Source: Cenococcum geophilum
Lineage: Eukaryota
Assembly (NCBI GenBank): GCA_050273025.1
Contig: CP158635.1
Span: 7,254,001-7,318,000, forward strand
DNA length: 64,000 nucleotides
Direction: 5' to 3'
Shown here one piece after another: positions 38,201-52,563 of the stretch. Each line of letters starts with the position of its first letter. Within the stretch, counting starts at the first letter, position 1. Under the pieces are notes generated by a model that was not told the origin of the DNA, searched no databases, and worked only from the letters and a program-made list of their open reading frames with translations. Both the position numbers and the translations under genes were made by a program.

Positions 38201-39489
38201 TTAAAAATAGGTTGAGGGCTAGTATATAGTTAAGTTAAGGGGAAATTAGTTTTAATGTAGAGAATAGGTAATAGATAGATAGATAGTATTTAGTAGTAAG
38301 ATTTAAGAGGGAAGCTTATCCTTATTAATATTAAGAACGCGTATAAAGCGGATAGGTAGTAGTAATTTAGGGGAAGACTTTAATAGAGGATTTTCCTATA
38401 TAATCGGCAGCTGCTTAATAGAGGAAGGGTAGAAACCTATAGCTATAATATTATATATTATAACTTTTTACCTAACTTCCTCAAATATATATATATAGGT
38501 AGTGGCCTTCTATAGCATTTTATCGGCATTATAAGTTAATGCGTTTTAGTAAGGCTTGCTAATAAAATTACGCTAGCTAGGGTGCCCATAGTATGCTAAC
38601 TTAGGTAGGAGCGCCTAAAGCGCCTAATATAAAAAGTCTTTTTTACTAGATAAAGGGATATGGGGCTTAAAGCTCCTTACTGTTCGGTTATAAATCGCCT
38701 CTATATTATAACTGTTTAATCTATACGCCTTTTAATATTACCCGTTTTATAATTAGTGGCGGCTACTACTACGGCTTATATAAATCTGTAATTAAGTTAA
38801 TTGTTTAGTAAGGCTTTAGAATAAGGCTCTAGATTTGACTTCGCATATTAATGTGTAATTAACATTAGTAAGCGATTTAAAAGAGCCCCTCTTTACCACT
38901 AGGCCTCTACCGCGACTCCCTACTTTAGTATAGTAATAGAGCCTCCTCCTCGACTAACGTCCTCTCTATAATCGGCGTTTCCTATATCTTTACCTACCTT
39001 TTGTATAAACCCCCCAGAAATAAGCTTATCGCGATTAGGGTATGTGGAGTTGCCATATTATAAGATGTCGTCACTTTAGCACGTATATAAGAGCTTTAGA
39101 TTAAAATAGAATATAGAATGGGAGCTTAAAGCTATATATTAAAATGGTGCTAAAAACCTTATTTTAACTACTATAATCTAGAACGAGCCGTGTACTAGTA
39201 TAAAGAGAATAGCAGTAAAATAAGCGGGTGTTTTAGATTTTATGGTTAATATGCCCCTTAATAAATACCGAGTTAATAGCAAAGCTCTAGGAGTTACTAA
39301 TTGGCCTTATATTAAGCACGGAATCACTAGTAATCTATTCTTCCTTAGTTATATTTTAAATTAGGTATAGATTTAAAGCTTTAAAAGCTATATTAACTTT
39401 ATATTTACTTAGCTCTACTAATTAAATGGTTAGATCTAAAGTCTATATTAATTATAACTCTAGCTAGGAGCTCTAATCTAATAAGATTA

Positions 39490-40390
39490 CTGCCTTAAAG
39501 AGCAAACTAGCGGACTTCTATTACTAAGCGCGAAATTGCTATATATTGCCTAGTATATCGCCTAGTTCCTTAAGCGGCAAGCTAGCGGACTTCCATTACT
39601 AAGCGCGAAATTGCTGTATATTGCCTAGCATATTACCTAGTTCCTTAAGCGGTAAGCCAGCAGACTTCTATTACTAAGCACGAAGTTGCCGTATATTGCT
39701 AGGCATATTACCTAATTCTTTAAATTATAAGCTAGTAAGCGTCGCCTATTAGCAGAGTATTCTAATATATTAGCTTGTATATTGCCTGGTTCCTATATTA
39801 TAAGCTAGTAAACTTATTAATAGAGCACTACGATACATCGCCTGGCGTATTACTTAGGTCCTTAAATAGCAAACTAGTAGTTGTTACTTATTAATAGAGT
39901 ACTATAATATATCTAATTATATGTTACCTAGTTCTTATATTATAAGCTAGTAGCTCCTCTTATAAGTAGAGTATTCTAAATATTAGCTTATATATTGCCT
40001 AGTTCCCGCGTCATAAGCTAGCGGCTTCTTTTATTAATAGAGTACTGCGATATATTACTTACGCATTGCCCAGTTCCTTAAATAGTAAGATAGTATACTT
40101 TTCTTATTAATAAAAGAATTGCAGTATATTGCCGATATATTGCCTAGTTCCACAAAAAATAACTTAGTATATGCCTTCTATTAGCCGTAAGACTACGGCA
40201 TATTCCTAAGTATATTGCTTAATTCTATAAAAAAAAAATTTAGCATTTGTCTTTTACTAACCTTAAGACTGTGGAATACTGCTTACTATATTACCTAATT
40301 CTAAAAATAATAGTTTGTTATACTTCTTCCACTAAAGAAGAATTTAGGGCAAACTACCTAGTATATTGCCTAATTCCGCGCTAAAAGGAT
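39490..40390. repeat. 75-bp tandem array, copy 2
   Basis: Same unit as 16700-17590; anchors at 39534 and 39609. Confidence 0.92.
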
Positions 40391-40427
40391 TAAAAACACA
40401 TCGCTACTATAATCTATAACATTTGTA

Positions 40428-43400
40428 TTAGCTACTTCTTTAAAATTTTTGGCTTATTTATATCTACGTCCAGTCTCTTATTAGTGGCGTTCTTCTTAAA
40501 CTTAAGCTTATTTAGAATTCTACTTTTAATACGGAAAGCCGTTAATAGTAACACCCTCTATAATAGCCTTTAGAAATAATAAGAGAATTTACGGTCCGTT
40601 AGCTGCTTTTATGAGTTATAGATTATATAGTCCTTTTACTTTAGTAGTATTTCTCTAGGGAGGCATATGACGGCATCCTTACTATATTTAGCAACTAAGG
40701 CCTAAAATAAGTATTAGCTTAGAGTTCCAGTTAAGCATATTGCTATTAAGAGGTAAAAAGATAGAGGGTTTTGCTACTTACTGCTATATATACCGCCCTA
40801 ATAATTAAAAAATTAGTACTAATAATAAATTTGCTATAATAGCCTTTAATATATAATACTGCTATAACTTCTTTATAGATAGCTAAAGCGTCTTAAACTT
40901 TGCGTTGCTATAAAGAATTTCCTTATTTTAATCCAAGATACTTCTAATAGGATTTTTAACTACGTTGGCGTGGTATTAAACTAGACGTTTATTTTTTTTA
41001 TTGTCTGGAAGATCCTTATTAAATTTATCCTTTTATAAAAGTAACCTAGACGTCGTTGCTGTATTACGGCACGTAAAGTAGCTGCTTAAGGAGCCGCTGG
41101 CTATTTATACTAGTTTTTCCCCAGTAGGAGAACTATCTTCTCTCCACTTAACTATTTTCTGCTAGAGTGCCTCTTCTATTTTTAATACTATTGCACTTTC
41201 TATACTGTATAGGAATTTAAGTTCTTTAGTTTTATAATTATACTTTATATATTAAATTTGGACCTTATCTAGGATAGCTTTTAGTTTTTAGTTATTAAAG
41301 CTAATAGTATCCCAGTTGCGGTAAATAAGAAAATTTATAAAAATTAGGCTACTAACCTTAACTAATTTTTTATATATCGCAGACTATAAGGCACTTTTGG
41401 GGTTGCTCCTTCCCTACTGTCATAGTGCTGCAATAAAGTAGACTAAATAACTACGTTATGGTATAAAGAGGGGAAGAAGGTAGAAAGGGGGTATTGTATA
41501 TAAATAGTAGGGCCGGCCGCCAAGTCGCTAGTGGTGGGCTAGCTAATAGTAGGAAATAGTACGAGATAGTATAAAACAGTATGTATTAGGTTAGTGCCGT
41601 AACAGTACTTCTCTCCCCTAGATAGTTTAGTTCCTAAACTAAATAAATAACTTAAAAATAGGCAGTATACGGGGTTGCCTATTTTTTACCGCAAAGATAT
41701 TAGTTCTGCTTACCGCCCTTAACTAAGTTAATAGCGATTTTCTATACCGGGCATAGAAAATCCTAATTAGTTAGTTTAGTGAGTAAGGTCGGTAGAACTC
41801 TACACTACTACCTAAATCGATCTATATGGCGTTTCTTAGCGAGAATTTAGCTAATTAGATAACTTTAACCGCTAGTTAAAGTTCTATAACATCTTAACCA
41901 CCACAAATTTTAATACGGTGGTTGGCCGCGACCTTAGTATAACTTTTCCTTATCTTATACCCAGTCTGGGGGTCCTAGCTTTTTAGGGCGTTGCTTATAA
42001 AAGCGCTATATAGCTTATTTATAACCCTTTAGGTTTTCCTCTAGCTGCCAGGTTGTATCCTTATAATATTTCTATTTAATCTTATAAGTTAGGCCCTAGG
42101 GGTCTTTATTATATATATTAAGGATTTTCTTAAACTCCCATTTGTCTTTTATATTGCCGTTATTATCTCTCTCTGCTACTCATTCTTGTATATTACGGCG
42201 CTCTGCAGTATTAATATTTGCTTAGCTAGGGATCTCTTTAGTAGCCTAAAGGCGGACCTTAGATATATAAAAGGATTTATTTACTTAGATATAGTCCGAG
42301 AGGTCTACTATAATTGCCCCTTAGTATACTGCAAGTACGGGGTATAGGCCGTCCTATTTATTGTCCTATTTCTTTTTAGGTCTATTTATCTTTATATTTT
42401 CTAAGCTAACTATAACTATATCGCCTTTATAGAATAACGCGCTCTTATCCCTATAGGTATTAGTATTATCTTTATAGCGTTACTGTAAAATCCAGGCTAG
42501 GGCTTTAAGCTATATTAATATCCGCTTAAAGCGGTTGGCTATAGATTCTATATAGAAGAACTCCTTCTTTACTTATACTAATAGTATTAGTAGGTAGGAG
42601 CTAGTAGGCTTAATTTTAAGGCGAGGGTTAAAGCCATAGTTTGTAAAAAATAGGGAGATACCTATACTCTTATTAACTTAGTTATTTATAGTAAACTTAG
42701 TAAGTAGTAGGTAGTTAACCTAGTCGTCCTATATAAAGCTAACAAAAGCATAGAGGTATTTATTTATGGCAGCGTTAATAATTTTAGTTTAGCCGTCCGT
42801 TTTTAGGTACTAAGCTAAGCTTAGTCGCAAGATTGTCTTAAGGCGTTTACTTAGTTGTTGCTAGAAGTTACTAATAAATTATATACCGTAATTGGAGATA
42901 ATTATGCTTAGTGCACTGTGGAGCTTATATACGTTATTAATAAAGCTATTAACTAGCTCCTCTATTAAGAGTCCTATTATTAGAATAAGGTGTTATATTT
43001 TAGTTAAGCGGTCTATAATAATAAGGATATATTTATATACCTTACCATAGCGTTAGTATATTGGCAGCGTTATAATATAGTTAATTAAGATATTAGTCTA
43101 TAGGCAAGCGGGTAATTCTAGTAGCTTTAAAAAACCAAGTGGGGTAAAACGGGGGGTCTTAGTGCGAAAGTATAGGGCACAGTCTTTAACAAAGGTAGCC
43201 GTAAACTAGGAGATTTTTAGCCACCAGTATATTTGGTTTAAGAGGTTAAGAGTCTTAACCTAGCTAGGGTAATTAGCGGGGCCGCTACTATAAGAGCGAT
43301 AGGTAACTTCTAGGCGGAGGTCTAGGGCGTTAGGGATAAAGAGATATTGGCGGAAGTAGATCTATTTATTAATAATACTATATTCTAACTTATTATAACA

Positions 43401-46400
43401 GAGTAATTTCCTAATCTTCTTTAGCTAATAGCGAGCTTTCTAATTACGTAGGGCTATTATTATATCTCTTGTGAGTTTGTTCTTCTAGTATCTTAGCTAA
43501 ATTAACTTGTCTAGTAACTTTTTAGCTATTTTAGGGTCTAAAGCGGCTATAAACTCCGCGTTATTAGAGTTACGGGACTTATATAGTAATTCTTCTAAGA
43601 TTATAAGGTTAACTTTTTAGGGCGGTATAATAACTTGGGCTTAGTAGCGGAGGCATTTATTATTGGTGTCCTTAGGCCTTATTCCTAGTAGCCAGCTTAG
43701 GGCGTTAAGGAGTATAGCTTTACTACTAGGTCTATATATAATTACAAAGTTAAACTATAAAAGGAACTCTGCCTACTAGACTTAGCGCTAGTTTAGCTGC
43801 TTAGTAGTTATAAACATCTATAGGTTCTTATAGTTGGTAATAATTTTAAACAGCTCCTTAGTCCCTTATAGCTTAGGACGCTATTCCTCTAAAGCCTTAA
43901 TAATACCTAAGAGTTCTTTATTATAGATCTTATAGTTATACTCTAGCGTAAAGTGCTTTATGGAGAAGAATATAACCAGTCTTAATTTTCCGTTATTATT
44001 ATACTGGGAAAGGACTCCGCTAGAAGCCTAATTTAATACATCTATCTTTACTACTGTTTTCTTTATATAGTTATAGTATGCTAGTACTAGTACTAAAGTA
44101 AAGGCTCCCTTAAGGGCCTTAAACGATTTAGCTTATTCTAGTCCCTATAGCCATCCAATATCCTTCTTTAAGAGTTTTGTTATAGGTAGAGCAATAGTAA
44201 AGTAGCCTTAAATAAATTGTTAGTAGAAGTTCGCGAAGCTAAGAAATTATTATAGTTCTTTAATTAATGTCGGGTTCTTTTATTCCTATAAGGCCTGTAC
44301 CTTCTTAGGGTCTATAGTTATACTATTAGTCGAGATAATTAAGCTAAGGTATTTTATTTTAGTAGAGTAGAACTTAAACTTATTAATATTAATCTAAAGT
44401 CTAGCATTACTAAGTCTTTAGATGATTTTATTTATATACTTAGTATACTTAACGCGTATTTTAGAAAAAACAAGGACGTTATTAAGGTAGGCAGTGCAGT
44501 AGTTATTAAGGGCGTTATATGGAATATAGTTAATATAGTTTTAAAATATAGCGGGTGCGTTATAGAGGCCAAATAGTATAACTAGTATCTTATAGAGTCC
44601 GAACCGGGTAATAAATACTATAAGCTATTTATAGCCCTCCGCAATCCAAATCCGGTTAAACGCAGTAATTATATTAAGTTTAGTAAAGTACTTAGCACTA
44701 TAAAGTGCGTCAAGTATCTCGCGGATTAGTAACAGTGGGTATTAATTCTTAATAGTGACTATATTTAGGCCTTGGTAGTCGTGGCAGATTTATATACTAC
44801 CACTAGGCTTAGCAGTAAGGAAAAGTAGTGCGGTAGCTAGTGAAGTCGATTTACGGATAAAACCCTTATCTAGCATCTTATTAATCCACTTCTTTACACA
44901 CCTAAGTTTAATAGGTAAGAGTAGTCTATTTTTATAGTACGGGGCCTAGTTTCTGGGGGTAATTTTAATTTTATAGTCCTATAGTTAGTAAAGGGGCAAC
45001 TTATCTATATTTTTAGGGAGGAAGTACTTAATATATTTACTAAACTCCTTTAGTAGGCGTTATAGAATGTCTTTGCGGGTTAATCCTAGTTTACCTTTTA
45101 GGAATTTTTTAATATTAGTATTAACTATCTTCTAACGTAAAAGCTTAGGTTTAGTTTTTAGATTTATTTTAAGGAAGTTATAAAAATAGGGGGGGAGCAC
45201 TTTACGGGCTTCCTTTATCGTATAGTCGCCTTTTACTAGCCAGCGGAAAGACCTTTCTAATAGGTTTAGTACTTCTATTAGGCCTATAGGCAGCTCTTTA
45301 AGTAGCTATTAGTACTTATCTTATTTAATTAGTTCTACTAGCTCCGCTATATAGATCTTTATTACCTTTACATTTTTTTATTTATAGAACTAGGTAAAAT
45401 TAATAGCATAAGTGTATTTAATATTATCTAGGTTAGGGCGTATCTAGTTCTTCGGTGCTATAGCTAGGCTAGCACAGCTTAGTTAGCCTAGGGGGGCGGA
45501 AATGAGGCGGCGGCCCTATATAGTACGCGCGGGAGACAGGTATAAGGTTAGGCGTTATAGTAGCGCGGTTTCTATTATCTGGGTCTTAGTAGTTCTATAG
45601 CCAGTCCTTGCTATAACGCGAGCTATAGTGTGCGTATATAGCATATAGCTTAGTTCTAGGTATTAGGCTAGGCAGCTAGGGTTTAAATAGTGCCTAGGTT
45701 AGGGTTAGATTCTTAGTAGTAGTAGTATAAAGCAGACTTTCTTCCTTAGTCTTAGTAGGGCTAGCTAGCCCGTCGTTTTAGTCTTAAGTGCTAGGGTGGT
45801 CTAGTCTTCTACTATCTCGTTTCTTTATAGCTATACAGGCTCCCCTTTATTAGGAATGTCTTCTACTATTAAGGCTTTATATATAGTCCTAGGCACTAGG
45901 CTTAGTAGTGCTAAGTATCTATATAGGATGTCCCTACTAACGTTGGTTATCCCCTATAAGAGGTAGTGCCTAAAGTAGTAGTCTAAGTTAAAGCAGATCT
46001 TAAGTTTCCTAAAGCTAGGACGGGGCTTATGCTTCTAAAGCTAGGGCATACCTAAGATAATTAGGGTAGTGGGCAAGAGTTTAGTAATAAAAAAGAGTAT
46101 GGCTTTAGTATAGAGGCCGATTAATATTTAGGCGGTAAAGTAGTCCGTAATAAGCGAAGTTAGGATACCGTCTATAAGGCGCAGTAGCCTAGGTGCTAGC
46201 AGCTTCTTAATTATAACGTTATACTTTCTTATAATAGACTCTACGTTGGTAAATGCTATTGTAGTACTACTAGAGTCTACTAGGCTTACTATATTAATAT
46301 AAACTTAGGGGTATAAATTACGTAATAAGGAGAGTTGGGTTTAAATAAGGATTAATTTCTTATTACTATTTGCTAATTTAAGATTAAGTAGTAGTTTACT

Positions 46401-49400
46401 AATAGAAAGGACTGATTAATCTAGTAATAGGGACCCAATCTTCTCGTCTTCCTCCTTATATGGTTTAGACCCTTAGATATAACTTAGTTTAAGGGTTTAC
46501 CTTTTAATAACTAGGGTACAGGGCTGTCTTAGTAGGGTGGTCTAGTGTCTATCTAGCTAGCGGTATCGGTCTCAGTTTTGGTTAGGGTATAGGAAGATAA
46601 TACCTTGCTAACGACGTAGCCGTATTCGTATTCGCTAGCATAAAGTTGCTAATACTAGGCGTTGTTAACGGGTTAGGCTTCTATATAGGGCATAGTTTAG
46701 AATAACTAAGCTATAGGGTTAAAGGGGGGGGGTTGTCCACCGCGGTTATAATAGGCTCTATGGTTGCCGCGTCTATAATAGACTCTACGGTTACCGCGTC
46801 CGCGGTTATTAGTTTGCGTTATTTAATAGGGTGGCATTAGGACTAGGTTTACTATCTTAGTAAGGTTATAAGCATCCTTTTAGTAGCTAGGTAGGCTATA
46901 GGTAAAGTATAGTCTATTATTAACGCGGCGCTTACGCTCCGTATCTAAGATTCTATTAAGGTTTATAGGTTCTCTAGTTACTACTAGGGTTAGGGTTAAT
47001 ATAGGGGTAGGGGCTTAGGTAGGTAGGCGGTGGTTAGCGTTCTTCTTAAGGTTGGCTTAGTGTGCATAGTTCGCAAGGTTTTTAGTAAATATATCTATCT
47101 ACTTACTCTAACCTATATAGTCGCTATTATTAATTTTATAGGTAAGTCTAAGTACCAGCTCTTCCATCTTTAGAGAGATAAACTTTTAGAGTAGGTCCAC
47201 CTTTTATTTATCTATCTTCTTAGCGCAGACTATTAGCTTATTAAGCTCTCCCTTTCAGGACTAGTAATTACACTCGCCCTAGGGGAAATAGTTAAGCTTA
47301 TTCTTTGCGACCTGGGTTATATTAAGGACCTTATAGTAGGTAGTAAAGTCTTTAAGTATATCTTCCTTAGTAGGCCATTTCTACGTAGATGTGTTATTTG
47401 GGTTCTTATATATAAGCTTTAAGCCCTACTTAATAAACTTATAGGCCTTATTTTTTAGTATATCTAAGATATAAAGGATCTGGGACTAAACTATATTAAA
47501 GTAGTCCTAGTCCCAGTTGAAGACTCCCTTAATCTTAATATACTAGATTTTAAAATTAGCTTATTATTCTAGCGGGGTACCTTTTCCGCTAAATATTAGC
47601 GGGTCTTTAAATCTCCGTTTTCTTTACTAGGTTACTACTATTATTATAGGGGTTAATTATTTTAAAACGGTAATAGTCTTTACCTAGGAGTTAATAGTTC
47701 CTATTTAGGAAGCGATAAGGGCACTAAGGTTTTTGTTAGCTTTTTTATTAGTGGTGTTTATGTTATATATATACTATAGTCCTACTTTAATATTGCTAAG
47801 GAACTCGTTGGTATAGTTAATAAGGGTAAGGTAAACTTTACTAGGCTTAAAGGTCTTAGGGTATAGTAGGGAGCGGCGGATTATCTACGCGATATTAGGG
47901 TATGTCTTTATAAAGAGGTCTACAAAAACATCGCGGGGGTTCTAAGTTTCGGCCATTTCGGCGTCGTTAGTGTTGCCTATTTAGGCGCTAGGTAAAAACT
48001 AAGGATTATTCTAGGACTATACTAGGGATGTATTGGTTTTAGTAGGGGCGCGTATAGGTCGCAATTGCTCTAGGGTAGAGGTTAATTGGCTAGGGTATAG
48101 GGAATTAGTAATCGCGATAGGGCGTAAATTAAAGATACTATAAACTGTCACAGTGCTATAATAAAGTAGACTAAATAACTACGTTGTGGTATAAAGAGGG
48201 GAAGAAGGTGGAAAGGGGGTATTATATATAAATAGTAGGGCCGGCCGCCAAGTCGCTAGTGGTGGGCTAGCTAACAGTAGGAAATAGTACGAGACAGTAT
48301 GAAACAGTATGCGTTAGGTCAGTGCCATAACACCTACTTTAAAAATTGGGTCTATAGTTTAGCTATTTTATTAACTTCCGTAGATGTATATTTTCTAAAA
48401 ATACTAGGGCTAGCTTAAGCGGTTACTTAATCTATATCTTTAAGGGCGCTTATAATAAACCAGCACATATCTATAACACTATTCTTTATTACTATACTAA
48501 AAATAGCCTAGGTAAAGAATCTTAGGTATAGCGGTACTACTTTTTTTAAAAAATAAAGGAATTAGTTAATATAAGTTTCTTAATTTTTTTATTATAAAAC
48601 TCATCCTATAAGATTCTGCTAAAGAGCGTAGTTATAACGGTCTATGTACCTCTATAGCGGGCTATTAAAGAACTATAAGTAGGGCGTTTTCTTTTTACCT
48701 ATAAGAGTCCGACTATTATCTACCGTATTATAATCTAACTAGTCCCTTAAAGTCCCTATTTAAAGGCATTCCTAAAGGTTTAGTTACGCCATTCCTTTAA
48801 ATATACCTTCTATCTTATAGTATATTGCAAACTATAGTAGCGTCTGCTCTTTTATTATAAGCGTAAAGTCCTTAAATAATAAGATGTAATTGTCTAGTAA
48901 TTACACTTGGAATTATAATAACTAGATTTGCACTATACTGTCTTTATATTATAGATATAGCGTTTTAATTTATATATAAGTATAGAAAAGGTATCTTATT
49001 TTGGCTAGAACACTTAGCGTCTTTAGCCTAGTTATCCTTTTATAAATACTAATTTGTATTTCTAGCCGCTTAATTAGCAGCTACTTTATTTAGGTTTATA
49101 GTATAGCGGTAACTAAGGATAATAGTCAAGTACGCGATTACAGTTTTTTTAATTCCTATACTATTAGCAAAAACACTACTATTTAGTTATATGCGCTCCT
49201 AGTAAAACATCTTAAATACGCTATATAGCTAGTATAAAACGCCCTAAACTTTAGATTTAGACCCTATTTGCTTAGAATAGCGACTGTGTTATTTATTAAG
49301 ACGGCCTTTTTAGGAACTCTATATAGCTTAGCTAAAGGTTTATACATCTACTACGTCATTTAATAACCCCTACCTCCTGCTTTGGCTATAGCCGCCTTTT

Positions 49401-50807
49401 AAAATCTAAAAAGAGCTAATGTTAGTCTAATTTAAGATGTACTCTATATAACTATATACTTATACCTTTACGTAATAGGCGTTATAGCCTATATCTCCTT
49501 AGCTTAGGTTATATTATCCTTAAGCGCACCCTTATAAGGTATCTTAGATTGTATTAGTTTTTATAATTTTATTAAAGAAAGCTTTTATAGATATAGAGTT
49601 TAATTATTATATAGGGTCTAAGCTAATTAGGGATATAAAGCAGTTTTGCTCTAAGGAGTATTGCGATTATCCTTGCCGTGCTTTATATCGTTGGGATTAT
49701 CCGTAGGCTAAATAACTAGATTATTACGGCTGTTTTTAGCAGCTTGCTGTAGTTTGCTGTAGTTTACCTATAAATGCCTCTAGTAGGTTACTCCCTTTTA
49801 TAATTATATTTCTTTAGACTTAATAAATTTAAAATGCCGCTATATGTTAATAAGATAGATAAAGCATCTCTTATTCTCTTTGTCTTTATTAATAAACTTA
49901 ATATCTAAGTGCTTGCGGATCGGCTTAGGCGTAATCTTTTACCGTTTCTTAAGTGCGGCCTTAGTGTGTAAATACTGGTAGTTAGAGTATTGGCAATACT
50001 AGGAGGGTTTATACCCTACTTATTTAGTAATTAGTATAGTACTTTTATAATTAAATGCTTGGCTATAATTATTGGTATATAGATAGCTAGATGTTATTAA
50101 AGGGACTTATAAACCGTACTCTTAAGTAGAAATTCTACTTTACTCCTATTATATAGTATATACTACTAAAACACAGCTTATAATGGCCCTCGCTAGGTAA
50201 TATAAACCTCCTTATTAGTAACCACGTTAAGCTAGGTAATTTTATCCTTATCTAAGATAAAACCTACTAATACTACAACCTCTGGAAATAGCGAGAAACT
50301 AATTTCTTTAACTATTAGAGTTTCTGTATTACCTTTTAAATTTTATAGACTATATAAGGCTCTATAGTGCTTTAAGTAATTAGGTTTATTCTTTAAAACT
50401 AAAAGGTTATATTTTCTAGTATAAACGACTTATTTAGTAATATAAAACTATATAATTCGGAGACTGGCTTAGGAGTAAATATATATACTAGCGTTATTAT
50501 AGATTTAAATTAGGTTTAACTCTAACTTCTAAGTTTTAACTTTATATTATTTTGCCGTTTAGTGGTATTAGTTCTTTAGGATAATATAAAAGGAATAATA
50601 GCCTATCTAAACTAGATGTTTAAAGTACGTTCCTTCTTAGGTTAGTCGCTAAGAACCTTCTAAATAAACTAATTACTTTATCTTTAGTAGTATAAAACGT
50701 AGATTTTTTAAGCCTGGCCTCTTATATATTATCTAAGATTGTTTCTTAATTTCCTTAAGGCGATAAGTATTAATATCCTATCCCTTCCAGATATTTAGGT
50801 TATTTAT
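40428..50807 (-). pseudogene. SNF2-family helicase, paralog 2; interrupted by Gypsy 41418-48332; lacks the motif VI segment
   Basis: Collinear with paralog 1: (GG)VFA(DGM)GI(G)KTV at ~49140-49180, RIL.DEF(H) at ~48600, same intron positions, shared upstream region to ~51080. Confidence 0.85.
41418..48332 (-). mobile_element. Full-length Gypsy family B, copy 2; LTRs 41418-41604 and 48146-48332; TSD CCTAC
   Basis: Reverse complement of 24090-31005. TSD at 41413-41417 and 48333-48337. Confidence 0.97.
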
Positions 50808-51749
50808 TATAATGCGTAAAGATACTAGGACGGAATAAAGGAGTAGAGCGTTGCTGTATAAAAGTAAAAGAATTTAGTTAGTGTTTAGTAAAGGCGTAAG
50901 TCTAAAGTAGGTAGGTGAGATAAACTAATTATAAGGGTTAATCTACTAGGCAGATTGCCGTGGTTTTTGGGGGTAAGTTGTAGCTTAAAGTAGTAATTGG
51001 CAGTTAAACTAATTAATTAACTAATTAATATCCCGTAGAGGTGCCGTGCGAGAGTTAGTTAAGGTAGTAGAGGTAAAGAGTATAAAGTAAAGTGAATCAG
51101 CCTAAGGTAAATACTCTCGCAGTAATAATAGCTAAATAGTTTTTGCATTTATATACTTATTATAACTACTTAAATAGGAAAAGGCTAACCGGAATAGTTG
51201 GCGTTAAGTAGTAAGGTTAAGGTAAAGCTAGTTTATACTAATGGAATATAACGCGCGCGCGTTAAAGGGCAATTTACTATAGCAGATTACTGCTAAATAC
51301 GCTTCCTCTAGTTATAGAAAATATTCTTTATAAATAACTAGTATAATAGGCGGAGTTAGAAGTACCTAAGAATGAAGGCTAATACCCTTAGGACGTTTTG
51401 CCTGCCTAGGATCGATATTTTAGCTTAATTAAGGCCGCTTTAATATACCCTTTTAAGTAGGGCTCCTAGTAAATAATTAAGACTCTAAATAGTATTAAAT
51501 TTAAAGCTATAAGGACTGCTACTATATACCACGTATATTTATAACTATAAAAACAATTATATCCTTAAAGGCTTTAAGCGTTTATTATATTGTATACTTT
51601 AAAAGTCCCATATTCTAAACTAGCATAATTATTAGTATATCTGCCTATAACTCCTCTATCTCTAGGTTAACTCTTACATCCTAGATAATATTAAAAAATT
51701 TAGGGAAATCTAAAAGACTTATCTACCCTTCCGCTAAGTTAGTTTGAAG

Positions 51750-52480
51750 TAGACTAGTACCTAAATCTATATAAATTATAAACTGTGGTATATTCTTTAG
51801 ATCTTAATATATATAGATTATAAGACCCTAAACGTTATATTTATTAATATATTTAGGTAAAAGAGATTAATATACGTCCTAAGGCTCTATATAAGGGTAC
51901 CCTATAGTAGAATTTATAGCTCTATACCAAAGTCCTAATTTAGCACTAGCCCGGCTAGCTTTCTTGCGTATATTTAACTACGTGCGAATAAGGAGATATT
52001 AAGCCACTTCCTTAGTCTACCTAACTAGAGCATTACTAGACTCTGGGATTTAATTAATAATTTTAGCTATAATTTTACTTTAAATGGCGTAATTTATTTA
52101 GTCTTAGAAGCGTATAAATATTATATTACTTTAATTTATAATATCCTTAACTGCCCTTTTAATCTTATATAAACGAGCGCTGCTAATATTAAACCCAAAT
52201 ATAATCTGCTTATCCTTCCTAGGAGTTTTACTAGTAGACTTATACTATGCCTTATCTATAGTATATATACCATCTAATTGTGTTGTTATTATACTAGGTA
52301 TGTATAGTATTAGTAAGGGCCGCGGGATTAAAGGTTTATAAATATTTAGTGGTTATAAATTAATTGTAATAGGTACTGTAGGATATAATACTGCTTTATA
52401 TATTATTAGCGCTTAGGATAATATACTACTTAGTATATTTAACTTATAATTTAAAAGGAGCAAGCTATTATAGTTATTAG
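51750..52480 (-). pseudogene. Unassigned degenerate ORF, divergent from the Plavaka gene
   Basis: Protein-like frame A(W)YKST.KTP.KD.QIIFGF.I..ARLYKI.RAV.DI...(W)T.EVA(Q)YLLIRT. Family not recognised. Confidence 0.35.
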
Positions 52481-52563
52481 GATAGCTAGCAGATTACCAC
52501 AGATTATAGCTATTAAATTAGTTATATAATCTACCGTAATATAAACCGACTTATCTAATCTTA

